From: Hypanus sabinus
Taxonomy: Eukaryota
Assembly (NCBI RefSeq): GCF_030144855.1
Contig: NC_082739.1
Location: 7,254,001-7,318,000 of the forward strand
Reading direction: 5' to 3'
DNA length: 64,000 nucleotides
In this document: piece after piece, positions 25,610 through 39,448 of the stretch
Layout of the letters: each line of letters begins with the position of its first letter
How positions within the stretch are numbered: the stretch's first letter is position 1
Made by a program: the position numbers and the translations under genes
Notes under the pieces: model-generated
What the model was told of the DNA's origin: nothing
The model's input: the letters and a program-made list of their open reading frames with translations, nothing else
Database searches by the model: none

Positions 25610-25688
25610 CAGGGGTTCCCAACCAGGGGTCTGGAGACCCCTCGGTTAATGGTCAGGGTCCATGGCAAAACAAAGTTGGGAACACCTG
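25610..25688. mobile_element. 79-bp hAT MITE
   Basis: TIRs CAGGGGTTCCCAAC / GTTGGGAACACCTG; 8-bp TSD CCCTAAAG / CCCTAAAA. Confidence 0.85.
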
Positions 25689-25851
25689 CCCTAAAACCTT
25701 TCAACCACCCAGAAGGCACAAGTCAGAAGTGCAATGAAATACTCTTCACTTACCTAGATGAGAACAGTTTAGCAGCACCCAGGTGAAAGCCCTCTGCTCA
25801 ATAGATTCCACACCATCAACCTAACTCTACTAGCAGCACATAGTGGCTGTC

Positions 25852-26048
25852 TGATGCACCATCAAAAACTCTCGGAGACGGGAGGCAAACGATAGGCTTT
25901 TATTAGCTGCAAGAAACGACCACACAACATCCTGGAGACTGAGTGGGGAGCAGTGCCTCCAACTGCCTTTATACAGGGGTCTGCGGGAGAAGCCACAGGA
26001 GCAGTCAGCAGAGGGGCGTGTCCAAACAGGTATATGTAGTTCACCACA
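25852..26048 (-). mobile_element. Small solo LTR (197 bp)
   Basis: TG...CA ends; flanks CTGTC / ATGTC; minus-strand TATAAA followed about 70 bp later by AATAAA. Confidence 0.6.
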
Positions 26049-26989
26049 ATGTCATTTGAATCCTTTGCAAAATGCTCTGTGCTTACTCATCTGGGCTACT
26101 GCATCAGCATCTTCTAAACCTGTGACCTCTACTCCAAGAAGGGTTTCCAGCACATGGGAAATCACTATCTCAAAATGCACATTGAAGTTGTACATCACTC
26201 CTTCATTATTGCTGGATCTAAATCATGTAATTTCCTCTTCAATAACAATCAGAGAAGATCATGTTTAGGATGACAGTGCCTGAAGGATCTGTAAGGCTGA
26301 TAAATAATTGATGTATTTACCCAGATACCAAACAAAGAATATATTCAAAGAGACAAAGAAGGGAATATAGCCTTAAATCTTGACACATTTGGAATCTGAA
26401 ATGCCACTTCCCCACTGGAGGTGTGAATATCTTGACTCAGGATTGGATTCATTTGGCTGATGACCCACATAGTCAAATTTCCTATTCCCACTCTTTGTCC
26501 AAGAGTTGGCCTTCTTGTGGAATGATGGCCTAGATCAGGAGTTGAAAAAAATGTTGTTTTGTTTATGATGGAGTTATCAATAATTCACACCAGCATGAAG
26601 AAGTAATTAAGACAGCATGAATTGTCATGGTCCCGATTGTTAATCCCCTATCTTGCCCCTAATCTCCTTTGATTATGCCTTGATTATGATCGTTAATTTC
26701 CCATTTACTGCTAACTTGCTTGATGACAGCACACGTGGTCTCCATCAAGAACTGCAGTATAGGAATCCTGGCATCACAACCACTGGTTGCCAGTTTGTTG
26801 GTCTATTCCTGTGTGATAACTTCATTTCCTGACCAATTAGAACCAATTAGTTCCAAGTTCAGCTCCAGTTTCTACATTTGTGGATATACCATGAAAACTC
26901 TGTCTCTGTGTCAAGACTCCACAGAGCTCCATGTCAAGATTCCTCCTGTTTTCTGTTCAACATTCACGCCTGCACCAGCATCCCCAACT

Positions 26990-27470
26990 CAACCTCTATG
27001 CCTGTGTCCTGCACTTGGGTTCTCCTCAGTCACTCCGTGCAACATGAATATTGATTTCTCTATAATCTCTCCCCTCTCCCTCATCTCTCTTTTTCCATTT
27101 CCCATTCTGGATCCACTCTTACCCCCTTTCTTCTCACCTACCCATCAGCTCCCTCTGCTGCCCATTCTCCTTCCTTTTCTCCCAAAGTCCACTCTCCTCT
27201 TCTGTCGAGTTCCTTCTTCAGCCTTTACCCTTTACATCTATCATCTCCCAATTTCTCACTTCATTCCCCACCTTCCCCCTTACCTGGTTCCACCTATTAC
27301 CTGCCAGTTTGTACTCTTTCCCCTCCCCCCACCTTCTTTTTCTGGCTTCATCCCCCTTCCTTGCCAGTTCTGATGAACGGCCGGCCCGAAACATTGACAG
27401 TTCATCCCCCCCCCCATAGGTGCTGCCTGACTTCCTAAGTTCCTCCAGCATTTTGTGTGTCTTGCAATTA
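26990..27470 (+). mobile_element. Penelope-like 3' fragment with hammerhead core at 27365-27400
   Basis: Degenerate GIY-YIG tail (..MNIDFS), pyrimidine-rich body, CAGUU-CUGAUGA-ACGGCCGGCCC-GAAA-CAUU-GACAG, terminal block. Confidence 0.75.
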
Positions 27471-27789
27471 CATTATTTATTTTTCAGAAATTGAGACCTG
27501 GATGAAGAAATACTTGCACACTCAGAGAGGCTAGTTAGTCACAGAGTGGAACCCAATTACATAGTCACATGGGACCCAGTTATAGACACAAAAGAGTTAC
27601 TTACTCTGAGACACCAGGATCTGGTAAAACTCACGCAAAGAGACCCTAGGATGAAAACAAACAAGTTGGGTGATAAATTGTAGCATATTGCTTGTTATGC
27701 ATTATATTACATGTTACCGTATTTTTAACTAAACTCATCCCCTTGTCATTTTCTGTAGGTTCCAGAAAATAATAATAAAAATGATCATA

Positions 27790-28460
27790 AAATAATATGG
27801 ATCAACAAATTCAAGACAATAAAGGCAGAAAATGCCAAGAGAAACCAGAAAGGATCCAGAACTCAATCTGATTACTTACACGGGCACAATCAAATGGCAA
27901 ACATCATTCACCAAAATCTGGCTTTAAAATACAAACTCATAAAAGACACCAGACCTTACTATAAATACAAGCTTGATCCAGTTTTAGAGACAGAGTCCCA
28001 CAAATTATATTATGACTGATCAATTATTACTGATAGAACAATCCATAAATAACCGTCCAGATATAATAATACAGGATACACAAGCAAGAACAAATTACTC
28101 AATAGGTATAACCATTCCAAACACATATAACATACAAAAATCAATCTGCTGAATTAAAAGAGGAAGCTGAAAGACTTTGGAACATGAACAGGATATACAT
28201 TGTCCCAATATTAATTTCTACAACTGGTATCATCCCAAAGTCACTAGAGAATAGTGTTAAACAATTAGGCCTACACGGCAATATTTATGTAAATCTTCAG
28301 AAAGCCACAATACTAAACACCACTGGAATAGTGGTCTTTAGTATTAGTTAGGAACTTCCCCTAGAAATTCCTAACAATTGAGAAATGAGTGTGCTTGGCT
28401 ATGCCCGTACCTCAGGTTTTACCAGCTTGAGCTGAGAAAAAAAATAATAATAGTAATAAC
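27790..28460 (+). mobile_element. R4/Dong-clade non-LTR retrotransposon 3' fragment (zinc knuckle plus restriction-like endonuclease)
   Basis: Frameshifted translation RKCQEKPE..YLHGHNQMANIIHQNLALKYKL..NRPDII..IPK..LQKATIL; AAAATAATAATA on both flanks. Confidence 0.8.
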
Positions 28461-28677
28461 TTATCTGCAGAGCACTACTCATACATATGATGTAGTCCAA
28501 AGTGCTTTCGAATAGGATAAAGTGCAAACGTGAAAATAATGACAAAAATATGTTAATTAAAAGCAAGGTTAATTAAATAGGCTTTGAGCTGGCGTCAAAA
28601 AAGTGTCAACTGAGGCTACATCCCTTATAGTTTTAGGTATTGAATTCCACAGTTGAGGAATGTAGTCCAAAAAAGTT

Positions 28678-29010
28678 ATAAACATAGAAACATGGAAAAC
28701 CTACAGCACAATACAGGCCCTTCAGTCCACAAAGCTGTCCCGAACATGTCCCTACCTTAGAACTACCCAGGCTTTATCCTTAACCCTCTATTTTTCTAAG
28801 CTCCATGTAGCTATCCAGGAGTCTCTTAAAAGACCCTGTCGTTTACGCCTCTGCCACCGCCACCGCCACCCCATTCCACGCACTCACCACTCTCTGCATA
28901 AAAAACTTACCCCTGACATCTCCTCTGTATCTACTTCCAAGCACCTTAAAACTATGCCCTCTCCTGCTAACCATTTCAGCCCTGGAGAAAAGCCTCTGAC
29001 TATCCACTAG
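28678..29010 (-). mobile_element. CR1 3' end
   Basis: Reverse-complement CTATG tail and 3' ORF2 remnant. An L2-like remnant precedes it at about 28460-28676. Confidence 0.75.
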
Positions 29011-29884
29011 CTCTATCAAAGTTGACCAGTCAATTTAATTTTAAGAGACTGGTGGATGAATCATGTTGGGAGCCTGTGAAGTGGTATTCTTCCTTCAGTG
29101 CGATATTCCCTCTCCAACAAATTCTGAATCTTTACTAATGCTGTATAACCATTTGATGGTTACTCTATGCAATAGTTGCAGAGGAACAGTGGGCTTCAAT
29201 TTTGTGAGGCATACACGGAATCACGGTCACAGACATGGAAATATTTAGTTACAGACATAGAGGGGCTGACCCAGTAGCTAGTGAACAGGTGGATTATAGA
29301 GTGCAAATTATTTATTTATTTAGAGATCTCGCACAGAAACAATGAGCCGCCCAATTACACACATTTGGCTAATTAACCTGTGTGCTTGGAATGTGTGAGG
29401 AAACTCACTCAGTTGGAAACTCCTTACAGATAGCGATAGGAATTGAACCCGGATTGCTGGCTCTGTAAAGCTAAAGCTACTAAACACTACACCAGCATGC
29501 CGTCTCTACAGCTGCCAATACCATTATTAACATTAGTGTTACTCCTTCAGCTGCAGGTTTTTAAAATTTACACTCCGAATTGACTAAGCAGTCACTGCTT
29601 GTCCTGCTTTACACTATTGCAGGTCCCCACGTGATCAGCCAAACGCTTAACTCAGATTTCTGTGTTTAAACCGCACTGCCTTCCAATAGCGGAGACTCAC
29701 CGGGCAAGGAAGTTACTTGCTCCATGCTGGACTTAACAACTTCATACCCCCACCCCAGCCTTCCTCAAGTGAGACATTTGCCACTACTTTTATTACATAA
29801 ACAGGATGTAGATATAATTAGTCCAGTGCTGGAATCAAAAAATAAACTCTGATTGCTGCTGCATTGGAGTTTAGCCACAGAATG

Positions 29885-32800
29885 AGGGGAGACATTAGAT
29901 ATTGCAGGTGCCCTGAATTTGGAACAACAATCTGCTGGAAGAACTCAGCAGGTTGAGCAGCATTCATAGGAAGGAGATAAATTGTTGATGCTTCAGGTCC
30001 AGACCTACATCACGATAGAGCAGAGAGAGGAGGTATCTAGTATAGAGTGGTGAGGCGAGTGAAGGGACAAAGATGATTGACAGACTGTGAGGAAGAGGGT
30101 TGAATGAAGGGAAGATGAAACCAGCTAGAAGATAGGGAGGGGTGTGGTTGGGAGACAGGTGGATGGGTGGTAATGAGAACAGAAGGGGAAAAAGAGGAGA
30201 AGTGGGCAGAAGTTGAGGGGTGGGAGGAGGGTTAAGGTAGTGACAACTGCTGGAGGGAGATAAACAGACTTGAAGGCGAGCAGAGGGAGGGGCAGAGTTG
30301 CTTTGACCTCCCTCCCTTCTTCTCCACTTCTGCCAAGCTCAGTTGGATCCTACAGACAGCCTCACTTCCCTCGTTTTCATTTCTCCACGTACTCCTGCCC
30401 CAGTCTCTTCTTCCAAGCTGCCTGCCTTCTTTGACTCTCACACCTTCACTCCACTACCATGACCCCAAATTTTGCTCCAACTCTCACTCTTCCACTTTAG
30501 CCATTTGCCTCTCCTTGCACCCCAGTCTCATTCCACCACACTTCATTTGCCTCCCTCCCTCCTATTCTCATGACCTTCATTGCACTCACTCCCTCCATCT
30601 ACCTCTCATATTGATGTTCTCTCTTCTATGGGAATAGAGTCATAGAAACCTGCAACATGGAAACAGGACCTTCAGCCAGCTTAGTGCCATGCTAACCATC
30701 AGTCACCCACTTAAACAAGTTCTACATTAATCCCAATCTTTATTCATTTCAGATTTCTCCAGATTCTACCACTCACCTGTGTACTAGGAGTAATTTACAG
30801 CAGCTAGTTGACCTACCATCCTGTATGTCTTCATGACGTGAGCAGAATGGTAGTGTGGCAGTTAGCTTAGCCCTATTACTATTCAATTCCGTTGCTGTCT
30901 GCAAAGAGTGTACATTCTCCCCATGGCCTTGTTTGGCTTTACTTCCAGGTGCTCTGGTTTCCTCCCATATTCCAAAGGCATACAATTTAGTAGCTGTTAG
31001 GTTGTATTCTGGAGCTATGGAATATACCAAATATTAATTTCCACAGCAACTAGTCTTCAGATCTGAAAGTGGATTGTAGATTGAGTTTAAAATGCAGATT
31101 AGAACAATGATCTTCCTGGAGCAGCAGGCTGGGGTTGATTGCAAACCAGGAAACAGCTATTCACCTGAGATGTCTGCATATGCATGAATGCAACTCGGAG
31201 ACAAGGGTGACTGACACTCATTTGGGATGTGTAGGTGTGAAGTTCTAGGTGTTTGAAATGATCTGCAATGCAAAGGAAGCATTACGAATGCATTGTAAGT
31301 ATAGAATTGTCCTGCTGTTACCTTTGATCTTTAGCATATAAAATGTCATGTAATATTGGATCAGAGAGCCACTTCCAAGAGTGTCTTCAGAATGATGTCT
31401 GCTTGTTTTTGCTGAATAAAAGACTTCTATTTCACCAGCTTCTGTGTCTCACCGGTAACTTTGTTCACAGTCACGACAGTCCGTTAATTAGTTACATGGG
31501 TGTAATTGGGTGGCATGGGCTTGTTGAGCCAGAAGGGCCTGTTACCGTGCTTTGTCCCTAAACGAATAAAATATGAACTGGAAACTCACGCACATAGAGA
31601 GAACATGCAGATTCCACTCAGATAAGCACTCAAGGTCAGAACTGAATCCAGGTCTCCATCGCGGTCAGGCACTGGCTCCACTAGTGTGCCATTGTACTAC
31701 CCTAACAATTCACCCTATCGTATTCACAAACTCATTCATTTTAGACCTATTCCCTCTTTCTCTAAGCTATACAGACCGGATCTCTACACTGTTGCTCATA
31801 GGATCCTTGGGTAAATCTAAGGACTGACCTGATGGAGATCTTGTTGATTATGAGTGAGTTGGATAAAGTTGACTGAGAGATTTTTTGGTGATTTGGAGTG
31901 GAAACAGTCTGAGTTTATCCTGGAATCTCTGGTTATTTATGAAGATTCCTGAAACTCTGGGATCTTTCTATGCAATCTAGGTTACCTGCTCCCAAGTCAT
32001 ATGCTCCCAAGCACACTGGCCTGTGCTTAAGACCAGTAAACCAGAGGTTCCAAATCATATCTTGAGCATTTCGTACTGGAGGCAGTGAGTGCACTGCTTT
32101 TGGCAATGCTCCCAGATATGTCGGTGGCCCGAAATATAAGGGAATCTCTGATAAATATAATTCAGAACAATTCATTATCCAGCAATCAGTGAGAATGTGG
32201 AACCTGCGCCCACAGGAAATAATCCTGATGATCAGCGGACTCAGAGGAAGCTGGATAACAGTGCAGAGGAACCAGACACTCCATGACCTGTACATGCTTA
32301 TGTCTGGAATATCATAGCTCACTCTCCTGCAGGCCTTAAAAAAACTGACTCAGTGCAGCTGATGACTTGCTTCCTGATCATTTTTTTCCACATTTTACAT
32401 TCATATGAAGAACCTATAATTTTGCATTTCCAACCTTAACCCTATTTCAGGTGCACTCATATATTTGCACAATGTTCCTTCTTGATCCAATCTGGTTATT
32501 GTTATATATTTTACTCTCACCTCTCTTATCTACCTAATTTTCTAACTTTTACAGCTCTCAAAAACCCACTCACTTCCACAGTGCCCCCAGTCTGAAGCTC
32601 CATCTACAGTGCTAGACACCTAAGCAACATACATAATATACAAACACAAGAAATCCTGCAGATGCTGGAGACCTTGAGCAATGCACACAAAATGCTGGAT
32701 GAAGACTCTTCATGGAGGGAAATAAACAGTCAATGTTCCAGGCCAAGACCCTTCCTCAGGACTGGAAAGGAAAGGGGCAGAAGCCCGAATAAGAAGATGG

Positions 32801-33560
32801 GGGAGGGGAAGAAAACACATACAAGCTGGCAGGTGATAGGTGAGACTAGCTGAGAGTGAAAGTGGATGGGAAGGGGAGAGGGGATGATGTGAGAATCTGC
32901 AATTTGATAGGTGAAAGAGTTAAAGGGCTGAAGAAGAAGAAATCTGATACTATACAATGGACAGTATACCATGGAAGAAATGGAAAGAGGAGGGGCTGAA
33001 TACTGATTGCAGCTAAACTCAACGGAAATCTGGCTGAACAGAACAACTCATTCACCAGTCTTGATCCTTTGAAACCCACTTCACCCAAAGCAATCTTTGA
33101 GCTATGCATTCAGTTGTTCATCTCATTGACCACAGTTTGCATGTGGTTCAGGTAGTAATCAAGTGATTAACACCTTTGCAGTCTGCATGCTCTCTCAGGA
33201 GATCCTCTTTCTTAAGACTGGCAATATCACTGATACCTCAATGGATCACTCCAGCTGGTTCTTTCCCTTCCCATTCCTCCTTCTCCACATATTCTTAATC
33301 CCATCACAGGACAGGCAACTCAGCCTTTGAAACTCTCACTTGCAGTTACAGAGAATACCATCTATTCCTTTGACTATTAAAATCCCTGTGGTTATTATAT
33401 TCCTTTGCTCATTCCCTGCCCTGCTACAACACACACACAAAATGCTGGAGGAACTCAGTGGGTCAGGCAGCATCTATGGAGGGAAATAAACAGCCAATGT
33501 TTCAGGCCAAGTCCTTTCATCAGGTGCTATATAAGGTTTCCAGCATCTGCAGAATCTCTT
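29885..33560 (-). mobile_element. Three Penelope-like fragments (about 29885-30320, 32640-32990, 33420-33560) among SINE and CR1 debris
   Basis: Shared terminal block. Hammerhead-like cores at 32727-32765 (GAAA changed to GGAA) and 33491-33524 (core intact, helix I absent). Confidence 0.65.
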
Positions 33561-35049
33561 TTGTCTTCCCTTCTCTGCTCCCTACATCCCACTCTTTAAC
33601 TCCATAAATCCCAAATTCACTCTTGTCTTTTACTTTATGCTAACTCAGTCCCTCTCTTCCCCAGATGCTCTTCTCTTCTACCTTCCTTCCACATATGCAA
33701 TGATGGGCAAGGCCCTGGAGAATATTACTGAGCAATAAGATAAAAGTACATGAAAGTGACAACACAGGTAGACAGGACAGTGAGGAAGGCATATGGCATT
33801 TCACTGTATGTTTCAGTGTACATATGACAAATAAAGCTAATCATGTTTTTTCTACTGAGGCTGTGTGAGACAAGAACTAGATGTCATAGTTTAAGGTGTA
33901 GGGGTAACATGAGGAGGAAATTCTTCATTCAGAGGGTGGTGCAAGTGTGGAACGAGCTACCAGTGGAAGTGGTGGATGTGAGTTTGATTGTAAGATTTAA
34001 GAGAAATTTGTATAAGTACATGGATGGGAAGGGTATGGAATGCTATGGTCTAGGTGCGATTGCTGGGACTAGAACAATGGTTCGGTATGGGCTAGATAGG
34101 CTTAAGAGCCTGTTTCTGTGCGACTGTGCTCTATGACTCTATCACTTTATGAGAAACTGGATAATTTGGAATGATTTTCCTTGGAGTGAAAGAGGCTGAT
34201 GGGTAACCTTACAGATCTTTATAAAGTCATGATAGACATTGTAAAGGTACAACAATTTGTTCACGAAACTCAGCGATTGAGCGAGGAAACAAATTGTCAA
34301 TTTCTGGGAGAACATGCAAACTCCACACAGACTGGATTGAACTGTGAGGCAGCAACTCTACAAACTGTACCAATGTGCTGCCCTTCTACCTTATCCCATG
34401 AAGTGCTTCCAGGGTTGGGACAGCATCTCTCTCCTCTTAACTCTGATTATCCACAGCCCCTTGTTACCACAATTCATTATGTACTAAATCTCTGTCAGAA
34501 TGTTCTCTGAAACAACCCTGTAGGGGAGCGTCCAGGCAGTTTGTTAGTTTAGAGGTCATTGCAAAAGACTTCATAACTTTTTATTATTTATTATTATTAA
34601 TGTTGTTTTGGGCTTTTTGGCAATATCTCCACTTCCAGCTCTCCCACCACTTATTTAAGGTGAGGGACATCAATCTTCCACAGTCAGCAGAGGTTGGTTC
34701 GACTGCACTGGAAGCGGAGATGAGGAAAGTGAGTCCCTCTGTCGCGTGACTCAGCTTTCACTGGCAATATAATTTCCTTGGTGGAAAAGTTCTGCGTTCA
34801 CTGTCAATTAACTCTGGTTCTTAGTCCAGCAGACATGGAGGTGGATAGTGACAGCATTTCATCATTCAGATAGTTTCTTGTGGGTTTCTTGTTGAGCATT
34901 CACTTTTTGAATCTGATTGTTGAGAACAGCCCATGTGTTTTCTTGGCCATCTCCATTCTCCCAGTTTCAGATAATTCATTACCTAAGATCATTTGTATTG
35001 CCTTCTCTGTCCTCATCCTTTATCTATCCTTACTCCTCTGGATTATCAA

Positions 35050-38000
35050 AACGAATCATAGGCAGACAACCACCAATGGCCTGTGGCATCCAAATTCACT
35101 GAGGTCAGGATATAAGTTAATGGATTGTTGTCCATCCTCACCTCAAACTTGGCACCATATGGATAGTCACTCACCTTATCCACCACAACCTATTTCAATG
35201 CCAGGAACTCCAACTTGTGCATGGGATAGCTTTTCTCAGAGGGCGACAGACTCTGGCTGACAAATGCAACAGGTCTCAACTCGGTGCCCTGATCCTGATA
35301 CAAGGCATCCCATAAGCCCTCTCTGCTGGCATCCATATGCAGTACACACTGCAATCGGGGGTCTATAAAAGCCAGCACAGGCGCCTGTGTCAGCTGCTCC
35401 TTCAGTGACTGAAAGGCCTCTTCATGTTTCACATCCCACCTCACTCCAAAAGGCTCCGAAGGGCTAAGATACTCTTTACCCTCCTCTCCTTTTGTCCTCC
35501 TCCCTTTCTTCCCCAAGGGAGTGTAACCACCCAGAAGCTGCTTTAAAGAGTGACTCGCTTTCGGGTAGCCCTTCACTAACCTCCAATAGTACCCACAGAA
35601 CCCAAGGAACGAGCACAAAGTGCTGACAATCTGGGGCCTTGGCCATGTGGTTACCGCCTCCATCTTAGACAGATCCGTAACTACTCCAATCCGTGAGGCT
35701 ATGTGCCCAACATAGCTGACAGATGTCTTACAGAACTGGCACTTGTCCAGGGAAAGCTTTAATCCTTCAGCTTTTAGGCGGCCCAGCACCTTCAGTAGCC
35801 TCGCATCATGTTCCTCCAAGGTGGACTCAAACACTATGAGGTCATCCAGATACACCAATACCTCAAGCAAGTTCATATCCCCCACCATTTTCTCCATGAC
35901 CTGCTGGAAGGTTGTAGGGGCTCCCGATATGCCCTGGGGCATCCTTTCAAACTGGAAGAATCCCAGTGGACATATAAATGCCATTTTCTCTTTGTCAGCC
36001 TCACTCAGAGATCTGATAAACTCCACTCCTCAAATCCAGCACAGTGAACCACTTTGCACCACTCAGGCAGACCAGTGTGTCCTCAATTTTTGGGACCGTA
36101 TATTGGTTGGGGATGGTAAGCCTGTCCAGAGTTTGATAGTCCACACACATCTGTACCTTCCCATTCTTCTTCCGGGCCACTTCTATTGAGGACACATAGG
36201 AACTTCTGGACTCAGTGATGATCCCAGTTTCCACAGATGTTGCCAAACGTCCTGCATGACCTCACTCTGAATGGGGTGTCCTCTGTCAACCCACATCAAA
36301 CTTGTCAGTAGAAAAGACATCTTCCAGCTTCAACTTCTTCTCTATCAAACTCCTCTTCCAACCTGCAAAAACCGGGGAATCCACAAAGTTGAATGATTTA
36401 GCAGTCAACTTCCCCTTTTACAGAGAGAGTTTCTCCCCGGCTTATCTCACAGGGATACTATACATTATTGTCACCGGAAAGAGGTGCACCAGTGGCATCC
36501 CCCGCCTGAAGGTGATGTCCTTCTCCGAAGAGTCCCTGACACTCACTGTCACCTGTACATCCAAGGGCTTCTGCATTTTAGTCCTCTCCAGTACCCCAGC
36601 AGGAAAGCCTGACTCCTCTCCATGGCCTTCAGGAGCATTCACCATGAGGGCCTCGGCCTCAGGAATTCTGGGAAAATTTGGGGTTTCCCATCATTTTAGC
36701 TACTTCCCCAGGCCGTAACACGACTGGTTTGGACTGGGTGAATCCCTCGTTTATTCTCTTCATCCAGTCCAGCGCGGCCACACACTTCCTCAAAAGCAGC
36801 TCGGAACACCAGGTGAATGGACAAGGTTTTCAGAAAGTTCTCTCCAACCTTATCCTTGCAGGCTCCCACTAGCCTCCTCACAATTAGGAGTATTTGTCCC
36901 CACAAGAACTGAAGCTTCGCCCTTCTCGACCGGGTCCAGGCAAACCAACACTAATGTATCAAGGACCTCAGCTACTCCCACATCTGCCTCCAAAAATTCC
37001 AGCTTCAATGACAAGTAACCATCATATGGTTAGTCATCTGTACTAAGACCCCAGATCTCTAGCGCACTGAGTGGCGTCAATGGTAAATGCATCAAATACC
37101 GGTTGTAAAATGAATGGTACAGTAAAGTAACCCGAGAGCCAGCGTCGAGTATGTCTCTAGCACAAATATCTCAATCCGTAGCAATACACTGGAGCTTGGC
37201 CCCACTAAGACTTCAGCAATAGGGTTTTGTGATACATTGCTGGGAACATGCTTCTCCTGAGAAGCCTGGCCTTTCCCTCACTGGGTCTCTCCAGTTAGGT
37301 ACTCGGGGGCTCACTCCCCAAAGATTTTCCCATCCTGAAGTGTCCCTCTTCACCACGGTTATATCAGACAACACCAGACCCCCTCCCCCCATTCTCTTGG
37401 GACCCCATTCACTTACAGCCATCTGCTTAGTCCGTCCTCTCAGGGGGCCAGACTCCCTGTCGGCTTTGTCATGTGGGGTGGTCAAACTCACCGATAACAA
37501 CCGGGACATCTCAGACCTAAACTCTGCCATGAGCTCCTTCACCACTCCCCGGGGTGGACTATCTGTGGTCACTTCAGCCAAGGGGTCTACTACTGAGGAT
37601 TGTACCCTGCTAATGGAGCCTCCCGCGCCTCCAACGCATTCTCCTCCTCACTTTCTTCTCTGATCAGCTCAACAAATAAGGGAGTGGGGTGCGCCTTACG
37701 AGACATTCGGAGACCCCAAGTAATCAGGTCTGGCGATTGGGCGCCTTTCGCCACTGGGCCCATTCCTGACTGATCCAGCTCTGTCGTTTGGATGGCCCCT
37801 CTATACTGCAAGAAATTCAGCTGCCTTTCTAGGTGAAAAACGTAGGTGGAAAGTTTCGCCCCCTTCTCCTGATACATGTTCTGAAACCCCGTCAGAAATT
37901 CCCTTGGGCTTTGTGTCGCGCCAAAAGCATTTTCTAGCACCTGCATGTAGCCCGCAGAGGTAGCAAAGGATCTGTTTAAGGATCTGTTTAAACAAAGGAT

Positions 38001-38674
38001 GTGTTTAAGGATCTCAGTACATCAGCAGCCAGCCCTTTCAAACTCTCTACTGTCTTTTTCCGTCATCAGAGCACTGCCACTCATCCAGCATCTGAGAGTC
38101 TCACACTCCCCTTCCCCTTTAGGAGTGGGCTTCATTACTGAGAACATTCTCAGTGTACAATAGCTGGAACTTTGAAGCTGGGCATTTTTCCATTTATTCT
38201 CCAGGGTGGTAAGGGCCGCTACCAACTCAGAATGCTCACCCCTCACTGAAGAACTCATTAGACCTTCCAAATCAGTCCACTCCTTCCCCTCGCTCTGCAG
38301 AAACGAGAGCACCCTGCCTTTGAAGTTTCCACCCCCAGACTCAACCTGCGATTCGGCCCACTCGCCTTCATTCCCCTCCTCCCGGAAAGTCTGGACAGCC
38401 CACGGCACCCAATCGCCCAGGGCCCAGTAGTACCAGGCAGTTCCACTGCCGTTACGTCAGCGCTAGTCTAAACTGAAACGAAGTCTTTGCCCGTCATTTT
38501 GTCAAACCTCTGCTCCACAATTGTAACTTTGCCTAATGCTTTAACAGTACTTAAAGTTTGAATGAACAATTCATTGGGAATATGAGTGTCTACCCCACTC
38601 AATACACACGCATTAATTACTGGTAACCCCGTGGATTTGCACCACCGCTCAACCCCTGTAGCGTCCATACCCAC
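35050..38674 (-). mobile_element. Ty3/Gypsy LTR retrotransposon internal region: PNMA-type gag, protease, RT, RNase H; integrase and 3' LTR missing
   Basis: gag MDATGVERWC...LENAFG...YQEKGAKLS; degenerate knuckle YNRGEEGHF; protease ILDAGSRV; RT WFTVLDLRSG, FFQFERMPQG, YLDDLIVF; RNase H LHMDAS, HKLEFLALK*..FEVRMDNNPLTY. Multiple frameshifts and stops. Confidence 0.93.
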
Positions 38675-38778
38675 GTAACGTTATCACTTTACCGGACAAT
38701 AGTTTAACACAGGCTTAAACACACAACCCACTGGATCAATGCTCAGGGCAATCACACAGCATCAAATGAAATTGATTA

Positions 38779-39448
38779 GGGATGATACCCCCATCAAATG
38801 AAACCCCGCTGGTTTCCTTGACTGCGTAAGTCTAGGGAAGATACTCTCCAGTCGCGTCAAACTCGCGAGACTGAGACAGCTCTCCCACCCAAACCCCAGT
38901 TTGTGTGGATGCTGTGTAATTTGCTACCCTGTTACAACTCAGTACCAGGAAATAACAGACAGCACACTGCGTACGACTAAAGGAATTATATTTATGAACC
39001 TTACTTAACTAAATGGTTGGTGAAGAATAACAAAAAGAAAAGGGCCCATTCTAATGAAACAGTCAAACGTGCACAAGTTGGAGCTCATCTTGAACTTCTC
39101 TGTCACTCACGTGCCGGGTCCTCAGTCTGTGTGAAAGCACACACCACCTTCCGAACGTCGCTCGCAATCCATCTCCAACAAACGGGTCTCCCACCGGGTC
39201 GTATCCTACGACCGGTTCTCCCCAGTGTCTTCTCTCTTCACCTCCCGCCGAAGAAATGATCCAAGACCAACCTTAGTGTCCCTCACCAAAAAACCTCCCC
39301 CCAGTTCCACCATCCTAATTGGATGGCACACATTCCTCATCATCCCTTATCTTCAGCAATGACCCAAACAGTCTGAAAGCAGTACAGACGAACTGCTGAA
39401 TGAAATACATACAGCATAACAGTAAAGATGTAAACCAGGCATTAAACA
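38779..39448 (-). mobile_element. Degenerate tRNA-Pro PBS (38779-38793) and 5' LTR (about 38799-39448) of the Gypsy element
   Basis: GGATGATACCCCCA resembles the reverse complement of the tRNA-Pro PBS (GGACGAGCCCCCA). TG...CA-bounded CpG-rich block next to the gag leader. No second LTR is available to confirm the ends. Confidence 0.6.

Noticed and set aside
35743-37663. Plus-strand ORFs of 138-148 aa
   Set aside because: Antisense shadows of Gypsy gag-pol.
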